Below are positions 17,480 to 30,965 of a stretch of DNA of 64,000 nucleotides, piece by piece. Made by a program: the position numbers and the translations under genes. Positions within the stretch are counted from its first letter, which is position 1, and each line of letters opens with the position of its first letter. Below the pieces are notes generated by a model, which was given only the letters and a program-made list of their open reading frames with translations, did not search any database and was not told the DNA's origin. This DNA comes from Macrostomum lignano (Eukaryota): assembly GCA_002269645.1 (NCBI GenBank), contig NIVC01000391.1, positions 496,001 to 560,000 of the forward strand, written 5' to 3'.

Positions 17480-19084
17480 GAGTTGTCCTTGCTATAATAT
17501 CGCCACATCTTGAATTGAATTATATCTATTTAGTAGGGAGGCCATGCCCTCTTATAACACTCACCCCCAAAAGTGACACTCCAAAAACTTAACTAAAGAG
17601 GTAACCAGCTCGATGATTGATAGCCGGTAATACATCTAGCTCAATTTTCCCACCTTTTTTGCGCGACATCCACCGGCTGAAGAGACGGTACATTTCATCC
17701 AACAACTTAATGTCCACTAAGACATCAAATATTGACATCAAAGCGTATATAGCTAAAGCCTACTATTGTAGTATGCAAAATTGCTATATAGCCGGATACC
17801 TAGGCCTAGTAGATTTGATTTTTTGCATGTAGATTTTAGGCCTAGTGTCGAATTATACAACCTATAAGCATGCACAAAGGCTTGCGAATACTGCTTTCCA
17901 TGTCAACTCTTTTTGTTATGACTAATTTGGCACATTAGAAAAACCATAGTTCCAAGAAAACAAAAGGGGAAAATCGAGAGAGCTAATTTGATGTGCAAAA
18001 ATATTGTCTCACACATAATTAATTTTTAATCCAAATATACTAAATGATGGTCATGGATGGAGTATGGACTATGACCATGCCATTGATTTGTATCACTATA
18101 TGTAACTTAAGAATAAAAAGGCCTCTGAGAAAACTGTAGCCTAAGTAAGCCTATGTATAAAATAGTTTGAAATAAATAACATGTATGTATGCATATTTTA
18201 TATTGGAAGCTGATACTTTTTGACAGTATTAGGGGGCCTATTGGACTTTGGTAACTTCTAATACAATTTTCTAATTTTCCCAATAGTCCAATAGACCAAT
18301 ACTATTGAAATTTTTTAGGGATGCTGCTTCACTTAAGAAATGCAATATATATAAAAATAAGCGCAAACATTTACATTCTTTACAATTGATATTAGGCCCT
18401 ATTGATAAATATTAGGCCTATCTATGACAAAAATATTTTATTTTATTCAGATTTTGCTGTTGCTATAACTTTCAACATTGTCAAGTGACAATATTTTATA
18501 ATAATTGGAAGGCATAATTCAAAAATTCAGAAATTGTAACTTTTAGTATTGTTAGGACTTAGGTGATATAATTTTGTAATAATTAAAAGGTAAAATTTAT
18601 TCCCTTCCTTCCAATATAACCTTCCAATATTAACTTTCAAAATGCTTCTTTGTGGTTGTCATTTGCTAATAGGCCTGATAGACTTTAAGTCAAGCTTTGG
18701 TTTAGGATTCTATTTTTTTAAATCCTATAGAAGTGATATTGGATATCATATAAAGAAAAGATAGGTTGCATTATGCAATTGTGGGTAATATAAGTCATAA
18801 AGGATAATTTCGTCAAAAAGAAGCCATTGTATCAAAACATCTAGCCAGTTATAGTGGTTAGCATATATGCCCAACACCTATCCAACCCATCCAAACCAGT
18901 AAAGGGAAATGGCTGCCAGCCAAGGTAAGTTACAAAATCAAAAATGCAAAAAATGAAAAATTGGGAGAAGAAAAAAGGAGAGGAAGAGAAAAAGAAAAGA
19001 AAGGAAAAGAGAGAGGGAAAAAGAAAGAGAAAGAGAAGAAAAGAGAAAAAGGCAAGAAAAGTCATATACAAAGTGAAAATTAAG

Positions 19085-19810
19085 TTGCAATTGGAAGAAC
19101 TAAGTCACAGTTCAGAGGAACTAAGTCTCAATCAGGAGGCACTAAGTCACAATTGGGAGAAACTAAGTCACAATTGGGAGAAACTAAGTTGCAATTGAGA
19201 AACTAAGTCACAATTGGGAGAAACTAAGTCACAATTGGGAGAAACTAAGTCACAATTGAGAGAAACTAAGTCACAATCAGGAGAAACTAAGTTGCAATTG
19301 AGAAACTAAGTCACAATTGGGAGAAACTAAGTCACAATTGGGAGAAACTAAGTCACAATTGAGAGAAACTAAGTCACAATCAGGAGAAACTAAGTTGCAA
19401 TTGGGAGAAACTAAGTCACAATTGGGAGAAACTAAGTCACAATTGAGAGAAACTAAGTCACAATCAGGAGAAACTAAGTCACAATTGGGAGAAACTAAGT
19501 CACAATTGAGAGGGAGAAACTAAGTCAAGTCAAATTGGGAGAAACTAAGTAAGTCACAATTGGGAAACTAAGTCACAATTGGAGAAACTAAGTCACAATT
19601 GAGAGAAACTAAGTCACAATTGAGAGAAACTAAGTCACAATTGGGAGAAACTAAGTCACAATTGAGAGAAACTAAGTCACAATTGAGAGAAAAGGGAGAA
19701 ACTAAGTTGCAATTGGGAAACTAAGTCACAATTGGAGAAACTAAGTTGCTAAGTTCTAAGGGAGAAACTAAGTTGCAACTAAGTTGCACTGGACAAAACT
19801 AAGTTGCACT
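19085..19810. repeat. 21-bp minisatellite (GGGAGAAACTAAGTCACAATT), about 33 copies
   Basis: Direct reading. Confidence 0.95.
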
Positions 19811-20216
19811 GGATGGGTAAAATTTTAAGGTTGGGTATGTATGGTGGTTAGAATGAATTAATTATAGATAAAATATAATAATAAATCTATATTGCCAAAA
19901 ACAAAGGGCCATATATAAAGGCCAACAACTACTTTTGCATAATTAGTTTGCCCTAAGGATGCTAGCAATTACTTGTGTATATTTTAATTTGCTTGAACAA
20001 GTAATCTTTAAGTTGACTCATATAATTGCCTTTCTATACAAATAAATATATATATGTATGAACCTATATAGTCCTAATTCACTTTTCAACCTTGAATTAT
20101 ATTATTATTCTTTTAAATTTATTTGAACTAAAAATGTTATAAAGCAAAAAAACTATAGGCATGCAAGTACAAGTTTGAGATTTAGATGCAATACTGATAG
20201 AAATTTGATTTGGCAG

Positions 20217-20683
20217 ACTGAAAAATGTGCTAAGCTTGACACTTTGCTGTCCTCATCACAGTCAGCTGAGATTTCCCTGGAGGTTCAGACAGCGGCTGCG
20301 CAATTGCTGGACGCATGCTGCCGACTACGTGACCAAATTGACGCCTCAGAGCGGCAGCTGGCGCCTCTTCACAGCTGCGCCCATCGGCTGCGTCGGCCGC
20401 CTCAGCTGGGCGACTTTGATGAAGTTGAAGGCGGCGGTCGAGTCTGGCTTAACATCGGCGGCGGCGCAGTGGCGGCTTCGTCCGCCTCTCCAAGGCGTCG
20501 GCCGCGACCCTGTGCGAGCGGCGCCTGTCGGAGCTTGAGCTGTCGGCTAGTCGGGCTCGTCGCCAGCTTGCCGAGCGCTTGGAATCGTTGACGTCAACTG
20601 CTGAGAGTCGGCAGGCGCTTGATATACTACTGAAAAGTAGCAATGTTAGCTTGTCTGAATTGCGCAAGTACACGGATGAGTGA
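20217..20683 (+). pseudogene. GC-rich, coding-like terminal exon of an unknown helical protein, needing two frameshifts
   Basis: GC-rich island in AT-rich DNA after TGGCAG. Successive frames give TEKCAKLDTLL...RDQIDASERQL, ATLMKLKAAVESGL and LCERRLSELELSASRARRQLAERLESL...LRKYTDE*. Family not recognised. Confidence 0.35.
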
Positions 20684-23600
20684 TTGGGCTGGCTTGGCTG
20701 ATTTTTGTGCTGCATTTTATAGCTAGTAAAATTTCAACAGTTTTTATGTGAAAATACACGAGTTCAATTCTCAACAATTTGCCTTGCTCCTACGTTCTTT
20801 GTTGCATAATAATTCATTTATTATCTATGTTTTATAGAGAGTAGGACTCAAAGCTTTTAGCTGGATAATTTCAGGCCTCAACCCTGACAGTATCTCCAGT
20901 TCTGTGAACCTTCCTCCCAGTCTTCTTGCATCTTAGATAGTCGGCACTTGCATTGATTATGCGCATGTGTACACTAGCGGCAGTCTCATGGCTAGCGCAG
21001 TGTGCAATGCTTGGAAAAGTATCTAATCAGCAAATTGCGCTGGGATTATGTGATTTAGTATCGCGCCCTTCCCTGCTGATCCTATTGGCGTGGCGGGAGA
21101 AGAAGATCTCTCGCCGAGTGAGCTTGCAGATTCAGTAAGGCTGTTGCCAGAGCAAAAAAACTGAACGCAATGCGTTTTGGTTAATGGTCAATGGCTTGAC
21201 TTTATTGGCGAAGTTTATTTAGTGGATTTCAAACAGGCTTGCACTCTCCTCCAGAAATCCAAGCTTTATTGCGCTGACTCTGTCGCGTCTCTTTACGTTT
21301 AAATTTATTCGAAAGAAAAACAATGTACTCAAACTCTTTGTCCGCGGCCAATGCATCGGATGCAGAGCACCATCAGTCCTCTAATCAGCTGAAGCAGCAG
21401 CGTCACGTCAGTTTCTCATCGACAGCGACGAGTCCGCCGGCTGATCGGCGGCCGCTGCCGTCCCCAACGCCGTCCTCGCTTCCAGTTGCTGTGTCGCCGT
21501 CCTTGTCCTCCTCGGCGTTGGCTTTCTCAGCCAGTCATGACGCTGCTGCAGTAGTTGCGGCTGCTTCTGCAGATGGTGGCGTCTGCTGTTCCTGCGACTG
21601 TTGTACAGCCTGGCTTGCTGCCATATCGGTTAATCGACAGGTGATTACGAGCTAACCCTGGTAATCAAACAACCTGATGATTCCGATGCAATTTTGTGTT
21701 ATGTCTTTTGAGTTATTTGAGAATAGTTGCATAAAATTTCGTCAAAATGACCTTCCTCAAGACTCGATTGGTTTGGATAATGCTATCTACCTGCGCAAGC
21801 TATAGTTAGTTGCTGCTGGGTGGGTGTTTGTCCGAGTCACTGTGTTCGTGTTGGCTAAAGTACATTTATTATCTACATCATTCCCATCCTTCCAGTTAGT
21901 GCTGGCGCCCTTCTCATTTAGTGTATTAAGTGCTAAATCTTTTCTTAATCTTAAACGACGTAGTGTGCAATATTAGCAGCATAAATAATTCCAATATCAG
22001 TGCGGAGTGTAGTGTTTTTTTAAATCCTCTGGTATCTTTTCTGGTTCTTGCTTTTTGTTGTAAACAAGGCCAACGCCAATCTGTAATACTGCAACCTTTG
22101 TCAGTAACATCTTACGAGCGTAGAGTGGTTGGTCGTTGGCCCCTCTCTCAAGATGATTGAAACTATGTTCGTAGCTTTAAAGCTTCGTGAATTTATCCAT
22201 CCGTTCATTCTGTTTCGGGTTTCTTGACTGCAATTCTGCTGAAACTTGGGAATATGTCTGTGCCAGGCAAATTGGAGATTTGTCACGCTTGTTTTGCTCG
22301 GTTTTTCGGTCTGATAATTAATTTCTGCACAGAGCGTTCTACCCCTCTTAGCAACATATACCATCAGTCAGTCAGTGATCTTCTCATCAGTGCTACTATT
22401 GCACTACCTATTGAGTAGGCGGGTACTTAAGCATGAGGCTTTAGACAAGATCTAGCGCGGTAGCTGTCAGCTTTTGTTCCGCACGTACCGGTACGTGTCT
22501 CATAAGTAAAAGCAAACGAAGGCAGGATGCGTTTCGGGGTTAGTTAGAAATTAGTCGGTAAGCCCCTATACTCTCCACTAATTGTTCGCAGTAAGCCGTG
22601 GTCAATGCAAGCCCTAGCTTTTTAATTGTAACAACACTGCATGTCTCGGCAGTTCTCTCCCTCTTGATTACTTCCTCGTCATTAGATGGACAGCTTTGCC
22701 CCGTGCTCAGGATGCGATTTCTTTTCGAGTAGCTCATCCTCTGTGTCTTCAATTCCGAGCCCCGCCCTATGCGTACACCTGCGCTACTCTGCCCACCTGT
22801 GACTGACACTTCACTACCCACCAATTCCTTCCCCACTCTGAGACGCAGCTGTACTCTCTAGGCCTGTAATTGAAATTGGCGTCTTTTCGATGGTCGGTTG
22901 TTAACTATTCCCTTGAATTTCATTCCTTAGCTTTTATAATTCTCCCGCCTGAGACCTGCCTAATCCCGGATATGGCTTTGCTTTTAATGCTAACTGGAAT
23001 TGCTGCATTGAGCAACGCCTTCGTCACGCGACAAATAGTTTCTTTTATGCCTGTAAAAGGAAATTGCTACCTGTTTCCGTTTCTGCTTCACTTCAATATT
23101 GCAATCGACAGCGGCTTACTGACTGCATATAACTGGGAGTACTGTTGACATCCGAGTCCATTATGTGATTAAGTTGGTTTTAGATTAATAAGGTCGAATG
23201 GCTAATTTGAGCCATCGTTGCTGCTTTTCTTGCCCACACTGGCTGCAGTCAGAGGCCTCTGTTCCTTCGTCCAACGAATCCATTCCCTGCACTGGTTATA
23301 GTGAGCAAAAAAAAATAAACGCATTGCCATTTCAACAGTCCTCGCTTGAAGTAAAGGAACTACAGACTGTTGCCGTGAGTACTGAGGTCTCTCCCTTAAA
23401 TGCGTTGCTATTCCGTTTAGCAGTTAGCAGGTAAAGATTGGTGTCTGTTCGTTGGTTCAATCATCATCTTTTAGCAAAACATATTTTGGCTCTAGTTTGT
23501 TCCAGTAGAGCTTTTAGATTCCGCCCTGAATCAATGCGAAAGTCGACACAGACGCAAACGCAAGTCTTAAATAGTTGTTGCCGTGCACAGAATTAAACTC

Positions 23601-24188
23601 ATGTACTTTAGCGTACGTATTTGGCGTACATATCACCTGTCTGCAGTGTGACATGCCTAAACATTATTAACGCCAAAAGGCACAAGTAAGCATTTTAGTA
23701 GTGAGTTTGGCTGCTTAAATCCACGTGTATAGTTCTATCATAGAGATCTAGAACTAGAACCTAGTTCCAGCTACTAGATCTAGATTTCTATTGGTTCATC
23801 ACATGATAAAGCACATCATGCACCGAGCTTCATTCACCAGCATTCCTGAAATTCAGTGGCAGATGCGGGCATGTGACTAAACGGTCTATAGAACTCCGTC
23901 TGTCCTTATCTATAGTTTTTTATACATCACCAGTTCTTCTCGTTTGCTACATTGGATAGCCAGTGGGTACCCACTTGTTACTCGAGAACATCTCTACTCT
24001 GATTGCCTCCGCTTTGATTTAGTGCCGATATTCCTCAACCCGTCCCCGCTTCTTTCTAAAGCATAAAAAATTGATGGCATCCGCCACTTTAGACTGCGGG
24101 TATTAGTAAGAGTGTTCAAAATCCCAGCAAAGTGGCAAACCAACTGCTCCCCTCTTCGGTATCGCTGCAGCCATCAGCCGCCGCCGTC

Positions 24189-25608
24189 ATGTCGCAGCAG
24201 TCGTTACTTCAGCCCGGTCAGCCGGCGCCAGCCTTCGCCTGCAAGGCAATGCTGCCCGACCAGAGCTTCGCTGACGTCAGCCTAGCCGACTATTCCGGCA
24301 AATATGTGGTGCTGTTCTTTTATCCGGCCGATTTTACTTTCGTTTGTCCGACCGAAATCATCGCCTTCTCGGACAGAGCGTCCGAATTTGAGGCTATCAA
24401 CTGTCAGGTGTTGGCCTGCAGCAGCGACAGTCATTTCGTCCACCTGGCCTGGTCCAACACCAGCCGCAAGGAGGGCGGCATCGGCAAGCTGAACATTCCC
24501 GTGCTGGCCGATCGATCTCAGTCGATTTGTCGCGCCTACGGCGTGCTCAAAGAGGACGAGGGCGTCGCCTATCGCGGCCTGTTCATCATCAGCGACACGG
24601 GCGTGCTGCGCCAGATCACCGTCAACGACCTGCCAGTCGGCCGGTCAGTGGACGAGACGCTGCGTCTGGTTCAGGCCTTCCAGTTCACCGACAAGCACGG
24701 AGAAGTCTGCCCGGCCAACTGGAAGCCCGGCGCCAAGGCTATGAAACCGGACCCCAACCTGAGCAAGGAGTATTTTAAGGTTGGCTGCGTTGATATGAAT
24801 AATGTACATGTAGCTATATGTAAGAATAGGTCGCTTTGACAAGCTTGAAATTATGCATTGTCGAAGACTGTAAAATTTAAAATCTTGAAAAAGTAATTGC
24901 AAGGGGTGTTGCGGGCACCCTGGCGCAACGCCTTCGGCGATATTTGTCCAACAAACAGCGCTGGATAATTTCTTCTGCCCATGTTGTGATTAGCAGTGAT
25001 TAGGCAAGAACTATATTTGAGAAAAGACCATTTTAACAGTTCATGTAGAACTACCAAGGGGGACAAACCTCGGCGGGCAATTCACTCGCGGGAAAATTGC
25101 ACTGCGGGCAAATCTCGGCAAGCAATTCGTCTGCGGCAATTGTCGTGCTCGTCCCATCAGCGCCGAACTGGAGTCCGAAGTCAAGCAATTAATTGAAGCC
25201 ACTTTTGCAACTTGCAGCTGCCGGCTAAGAATATTTTTGTAGTAAAGCTATTGATGAGACAAGCCTAAGTTCTACAGAGCAATGCTCAACGCAAAAAAGT
25301 TTGGTGATTGGGGTTTTAATAGCCTAGCATTTAACACTTCGGCTTAGAAAGACTGCACATTTAGGAAGTCTCTGGTGGCTTCGCTTCCCAGGAAGCGACC
25401 ATCAAAGTTCCACGTCTATAGACTGTCTATAGACGTGGAACTTTAAGCTTCCCTGGCTCTGCACAGCGGTGTTAAAACAGCTCTTAGTCTATGGCCAGAC
25501 CCTGCTAACCACACCGGAATGAACCAGAGAATATCTAGTTCTTTCAAATATTTAGCTGGATATTCTGTGGAAGCAACGAATTATATTATTTTTCAGACTT
25601 CTGCGTAA
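24189..25608 (+). CDS. PRDX1/2-like: Typical 2-Cys peroxiredoxin (Prx1/2 class)
   Basis: [14 protein letters not shown] (peroxidatic Cys), GEVCPANW (resolving Cys), GGIG and C-terminal YF motifs. Main exon 24189-24779; probable mini last exon ACTTCTGCGTAA at 25597-25608. Confidence 0.95.
25040..25195. repeat. Dispersed repeat, second copy inverted at about 30975-31095
   Basis: AATTGCACTGCGGGCAAATCTCGGCA.GCAATT shared in opposite orientation. Confidence 0.7.
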
Positions 25609-26127
25609 AAAAGTCAAGTCGTCCTTTTGTGACTGTCCAGTTGTCTTAATATGTGAATATTATGTCACGACAGGCACAATTTAGTTGATAGTTATCAATT
25701 ATCAACAAGAAACAAAGTCAATTTTTATCGTTTCATTTCAGTCTGCCTAGCGCCAATAGCTAAGCGATCGGAGCAACGCTTTGCAGGCATTGAGCCTCCG
25801 CGTATTCTGACGGACATCCTTGATAAAACCTGGCTTTTTAAAACTATTATAGTTTAACCTCACGGTAGATCACTCACTGTTGTCTGTCTTCGTTTTGCTA
25901 GCAGAAAAGTTGATTAACTAATTTGTTACATTTTATAGTTTTACTTCAATATACCAGTTGATTTATCCAAGGGGTGGTGAAAATCAAGGTGACATACAGC
26001 CACACTCTGATGCGTACACAATGACACCGACCCGGCCTCTTATTGTCAGGCGCGGTACACACGCACTGTCTTTTGGGTTGCACTAATGGTCATGGATGGC
26101 GCATTAGGTCTCACACTATGCCAGCAA

Positions 26128-26340
26128 TGGGGGGGGGGTAGCCCAGTGGTCTGGCGTGGCGCTCTGGTGTGCCAGCGTCCCAGACTCGATCCCATGTGCA
26201 GTCACATTAATATGGCACTGAATTGGAATCTCGGCTTGGCTCTGCTCGTGTAATTAACGCCCTTGAGGGCCAACCCCCCAACAAGGCACAGTGAAGTGTA
26301 CATGCCTAACGATAAATAAAGTTAGGGCTGCTGTACACTC
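26128..26340 (+). mobile_element. Probable tRNA-derived SINE
   Basis: A-box-like TAGCCCAGTGG and B-box-like GACTCGATCCC after a G run; no complete cloverleaf. Confidence 0.45.
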
Positions 26341-26892
26341 CTGTGTGAGTGTTTCGCTGATCTAATTGAGCTTCTAAACCGTAGTAAAAGTTAATCAACT
26401 GTCTTAATATGTAGGTGTCGGGTACAGGACCATTGCATGTCGTGAGTGTCATAGATTTCGTAAAAAATGTTTTTTAATTGCACCCATTCTCTGGCTTAGG
26501 GCTTGTCATTATTTCTTGCAAAAAAGCTTTTTATTAATTAACTAGTCTTTTACACTATTTCTGTTACCTATCTTCAGCTGAGTCTAAAAAATAATCTAGT
26601 CAAACTTTATCGAGTCGTGAAGTTTTTATCTGTCTAACTTTTTTTCTTCAAATAACCAATCATGCATCAACAGATTCTACTAGTAAGTAGCGATGTGCGT
26701 TTTGTGAAATACGAGTATTACTTTATCTAATATATTATTTTTCAGAGATGTTGTTCACAGAAGTTAGTTCGCTTATTAATTTAAATTTTCATTCCTCATT
26801 GGCTTTGTTTCTTGCTCGCTAATTTATAGATGCCTTATTAATTAGTTCCAATTAGCTAGTATATAGATAGCCATGGCTAGTGTCTGTCCATC

Positions 26893-27125
26893 TGGGGGTT
26901 GTAGCCTAGTGGTCAGAGCGTCGGACTCTGACTGAAGCGCATTGCTTCAGTTCACCCAGCTGGAAAATGGGTGCCAGCATTAGCTGGGGGTAATTGAGAT
27001 TGTGTGGCGACCCCCCAGTCCTTGGACTGAACAGCCGTACGCAGCTTTCAGATGCGCTGCGCAATGGCTGCGGCTGAGCTGTCGGTTGCACATCTGGCCC
27101 AATTGGGGCAGGTGCAATCAATCAT
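26893..27125 (+). mobile_element. Probable tRNA-derived SINE
   Basis: A-box TAGCCTAGTGG, CACCCAGCTGGAAAATGGGT core-like segment, partial inverted copy at 4415-4497. Confidence 0.6.
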
Positions 27126-27627
27126 TGACAATCATTAATTCATTTACAATGACAGATTGATACTGTCAAAATCTAGGTTGATAAATCATTCTAATTCAAA
27201 TGGCTGCAAGTACAGGTATCAAAAAGCCTCTTTAAAAAGCGTTTAAAATATTCTCTTTAATTCGTCTGTTTCATTTTGAAGTTCATAGGAGCCAGTTGGT
27301 TCAGCAACAGGATCTAGTAATAGGCATTACTCATTTGCACTTTTTAGCATTGCGAGTTTCTGCAGTTAAACGGAAAGTGTCTTCAAAAGCAGAATGTACG
27401 CACAAGTAGGTACGCTTGGAAATAGTCTGAGACAATGAAGTTTGTGCTGCCACAATGAGACGGCGAGTTTTCTTTTTTGATGCTATTTTTAGACATGAGA
27501 AAAAAGCGATGCAGACAAACGGTACTAAAACTGATGTGTATACATATATATATATACAAACGAGTCAATGAGCAATAGTCACCACTGGCTTTGTTTAGCA
27601 GATTAGAGTAATCTGAGTTGAAGAAAA

Positions 27628-29494
27628 ATGAAATTGTTCGGCAAGATAGCCAGACGCTTGAGAAGACTTAGCAGGCATAAATCGCTCGTTGATCTCAGCG
27701 TTGACTGCGAACCGCAGCAGACGTACCTGCTTGCTGATCGCTGGTGCAGCAGTCCAGGAGCCGGACGGGATGGCAGGAAGCTCTCTGACGAAGAGTACAC
27801 TTACGAGACAATGAGCTGTGATCTAGACAATGAACAACGACTTGTTTCTGCCAACTCTACAAGTGCAGCCCATCCGGCCTTTGTGACGAGAGGAGCAGGC
27901 GGCACCCGGGATGGCAAATGCGGAGTCTACATGCAAGAAAGCGAGCATACATATGATCCGTACTACAATACTTATCCAGTCCCAGCAGGTCAAGCTGTGC
28001 ACCCCACTGCGAATTTGGCCAGCAAAAATGACCAGCCAATTTCCGGATTAAAGAATAACCAGCAGCAGCAGCAGCAGCAAAGGACAGCAAATAGGGCAAT
28101 AAGCCGTAAGAACTGATTTTAATCTACTTGTGTTTTCCTCAAACAAGTTCATGTCGAGTGATACATGTATAATCAATCTGAAATATTACGATATTCCAGA
28201 GAACAATCCACCGGTTCCCACCGTTCGACGCAGCCTAATGCCTTTAAGGATGCCTCAACAGCAGCCAACTATGGAGCCACAGCAGCAGCCAACTATGGAG
28301 CCACAGCAGCAGCCAACTGTGGAGCCACAGCAGCAGCCAACTGTGGAGCCACAGCAGCAGCCAACTGTGGAGCCACAGCAGCAGCCAACTGTGGAGCCAC
28401 AGCAGCAGCCAACTGTGGAGCCACAGCAGCAACCAACTGTGGAGCCACAGCAGCAACCAACTGTGGAGCCACAGCAGCAGCCAACTGTGGAGCCACAGCA
28501 GCAACCAACTGTGGAGCCACAGCAGCAGCCAACTGAGGAGCCACAACTGCAGCCAACTGAGGAGCCACAGCAGCAACCAACTGAGGAGCCACAGCAGCAA
28601 CCAACTGCTGAGAAGCCACAGCAGCAACCAACTGTGGAGCCACAGCAGCAGCCAACTGTGGAGCCACAGCAGCAGCCAACTGTGGAGCCACAGCAGCAGC
28701 GAACTGAGGAACCACAGCAGCAGCCAACTGAGGAACCACAGCAGCAGCCAACTGAGGAACCACAGCAGCAGCCAACTGAGGAGCCACAGCAGCAACCAAC
28801 TGTGGAGCCACAGCAGCAGCCAACTGAGGAACCACAGCAGCAGCCAACTGTGGAGCCACAGCAGCAACCAACTGTGGAGCCACAGCAGCAGCCAACTGAG
28901 GAACCACAGCAGCAGCCAACTGTGGAGCCACAGCAGCAGCCAACTGCGGAGCCACAGCAGCAGCCAACTGAGGAACCACAGCAGCAGCCAACTGAGGAAC
29001 CACAGCAGCAGCCAACTGAGGAACCACAGCAGCAGCCAACTGAGGAACCACAGCAGCAGCCAACTGAGGAGCCACAACAGCAACTAACTGCTGTGCAGCA
29101 ACAGCAGCAGCAACAGCAGCTTCTTCAGCTCCAGCCAGCAGAAGACACTTACCGCCAATCACATGCCCCTGATCAACGGTCACAGCAGCCCCCAAAAGCT
29201 GCAATTCGAGCCTCATTGCTCACCACAGCTGCAGCCGAGCGCCAAGTTGCTGTTAAGCCGCAGTCAGTTGCTGGATCAACCACAGATCAGAGACGACATG
29301 CTCGCCAGGAGTTGCCCAGCAGCTCGAAACAACGCAGCTGCACGTCGAGGACGGTCGTTCCCTGTGCGGAAAAGTCCGCTGCTTCACCGCGCAGCATCGG
29401 ATACGGGCGTAGGCAAAGTGGCCCCGTCAACGTCATTGGCAACGGAAATGTGCTGCGGATTCAAACAGCAGCGCTGTCTCAACTCTTCAACTAA
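27628..29494 (+). CDS. Unknown low-complexity protein with about 35 x (QQQPT[V/E]EP) and a RHIM-like C-terminal motif
   Basis: Exons 27628-28105 and 28200-29494 joined by a phase-1 GT-AG intron; 24-bp coding repeat about 28255-29090; frame stays open on both sides of the repeat. Confidence 0.65.
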
Positions 29495-30874
29495 ACTTGC
29501 TGATATTTCTAATCAATGCATGAATTTCCACCAAAATCTATAAGAAGCTTCCCAAATTGACTGATCGAGCGACGCGAACATGCAGTACAAATTTTTCTAA
29601 AAACTGACGAAATGACGACTTCCGTAGTATCGAATTGGACGAAATTATAATATATGGGATGTAGATGTACCACACATATTAATGTACACTTTGAACTAAT
29701 TAATAAACAATATAAACTCGTGAACAGTGTGGCGAAAAAAGGATCTTTTATCTGCTCACGCACATCCGGTTTATCTAAAATGATGGTACGATGCTAACCT
29801 GCATGCGTTATTAATGACTGCATGCCTCATTTTTTTGATGTCAGGCATGTATAAAATTAGTGCAGATTAGCCACAGAAGTAAGTCGCATGCTTTTGGATT
29901 ATATATATATGATTGCGCCGAATGATACGTGTGTATAATTGCGCTGCTTTCAAAGCCATATCTCAGATATGCGTATTTTTTGTCCAAGACAAGATACATA
30001 CATTTACGAGTAGGTTCCAGATTTCAGATAGATTATAGACGTTTATTTGCCTACTACTCGTAAATGCATACAACAACAATACGCGTTCAGCGTCACAGGG
30101 CGCCTCAGGGCCGTGTCGCGAGTGAATGCCGGTGCCCCGGCCAAATCAGGGGGCCTGCCCTGCCGCCGATGAGGTGGCTGGGATACCACTTAGTTAACGA
30201 CGGCAGGGTTAACACATTTGTAAGTGAGTTTTAAGTGTACATGCACATGTGCGAGTTGCTATTGTATAGCATGTACGTGCTTTTCACCCACTCCCTGTCT
30301 CTATCTTTTATACCCACAGTTATGGTAGCAATCTTTGTATCGTATTTAACCTGCGTATCGATCTAATAAACGCCAAGAAGCTTCGTCAACTCTCAGCCGT
30401 ATCTCTCTGCCTTAGTCTACACAAACAGCGCATGTAATTAAATCAGCACTAGACATTGCCCGCTGATATACGAATGCGAGGATTAGGCGGTTAGGCTTAA
30501 CGGTTTAACTCTGGTTGAGTCAGGTCATCGGGGGGGGAGCTCAGTTCTGCGTTCTTTTACTCATGTCCTCTTGTGCGGGCCGGTCCACTGCTACGCCAGT
30601 CAGGGTTTGTGCGTCGGTCTTTTGCCACCCATAATAATACATTAAGTCGTTTGCTTCCCCCACTCTTTGTGACACGTCATTAGACGGTGTTGGCCTGATT
30701 TCTGCCAACCCATCTCTGCCAGTTGTACACGCCTTAGTAACTAATTTTTAAGTAGTTTAACTTGTTTGAAGTTGTTAAACCCGCTTTGGTATGCTTCCAC
30801 CTTTTATAACTAAGTGGACTTATAGATTAGTTGCAATTATGAGGAGAAGAGATGGTAAGGTTGCCAGATAGAAA

Positions 30875-30965
30875 ACATGGTGTGTCGGATACTCTAAACG
30901 GGGTGTCAGATACTCGAAACGGGGTGTCAGATACTCTTAACAGGGTGTCAGGTACTCTAAACGGG
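30875..30965. repeat. About 21-bp tandem repeat (AACGGGGTGTCAGATACTCTA-like), 4 copies
   Basis: Direct reading. Confidence 0.8.

Noticed and set aside
19085-19810. Regular 20-30-bp repeat arrays as CRISPR (also 39174, 44594, 59380)
   Set aside because: Head-to-tail units with no unique spacers, no cas genes, eukaryotic context
22540-23434. Short ORFs between 22.5 and 23.4 kb as a gene
   Set aside because: No consistent exon chain, codon bias or motif found by eye
26128-27125. tRNA genes at 26128, 26893 and 39140
   Set aside because: A-box-like heads only; no complete cloverleaf or acceptor stem; better explained as SINEs
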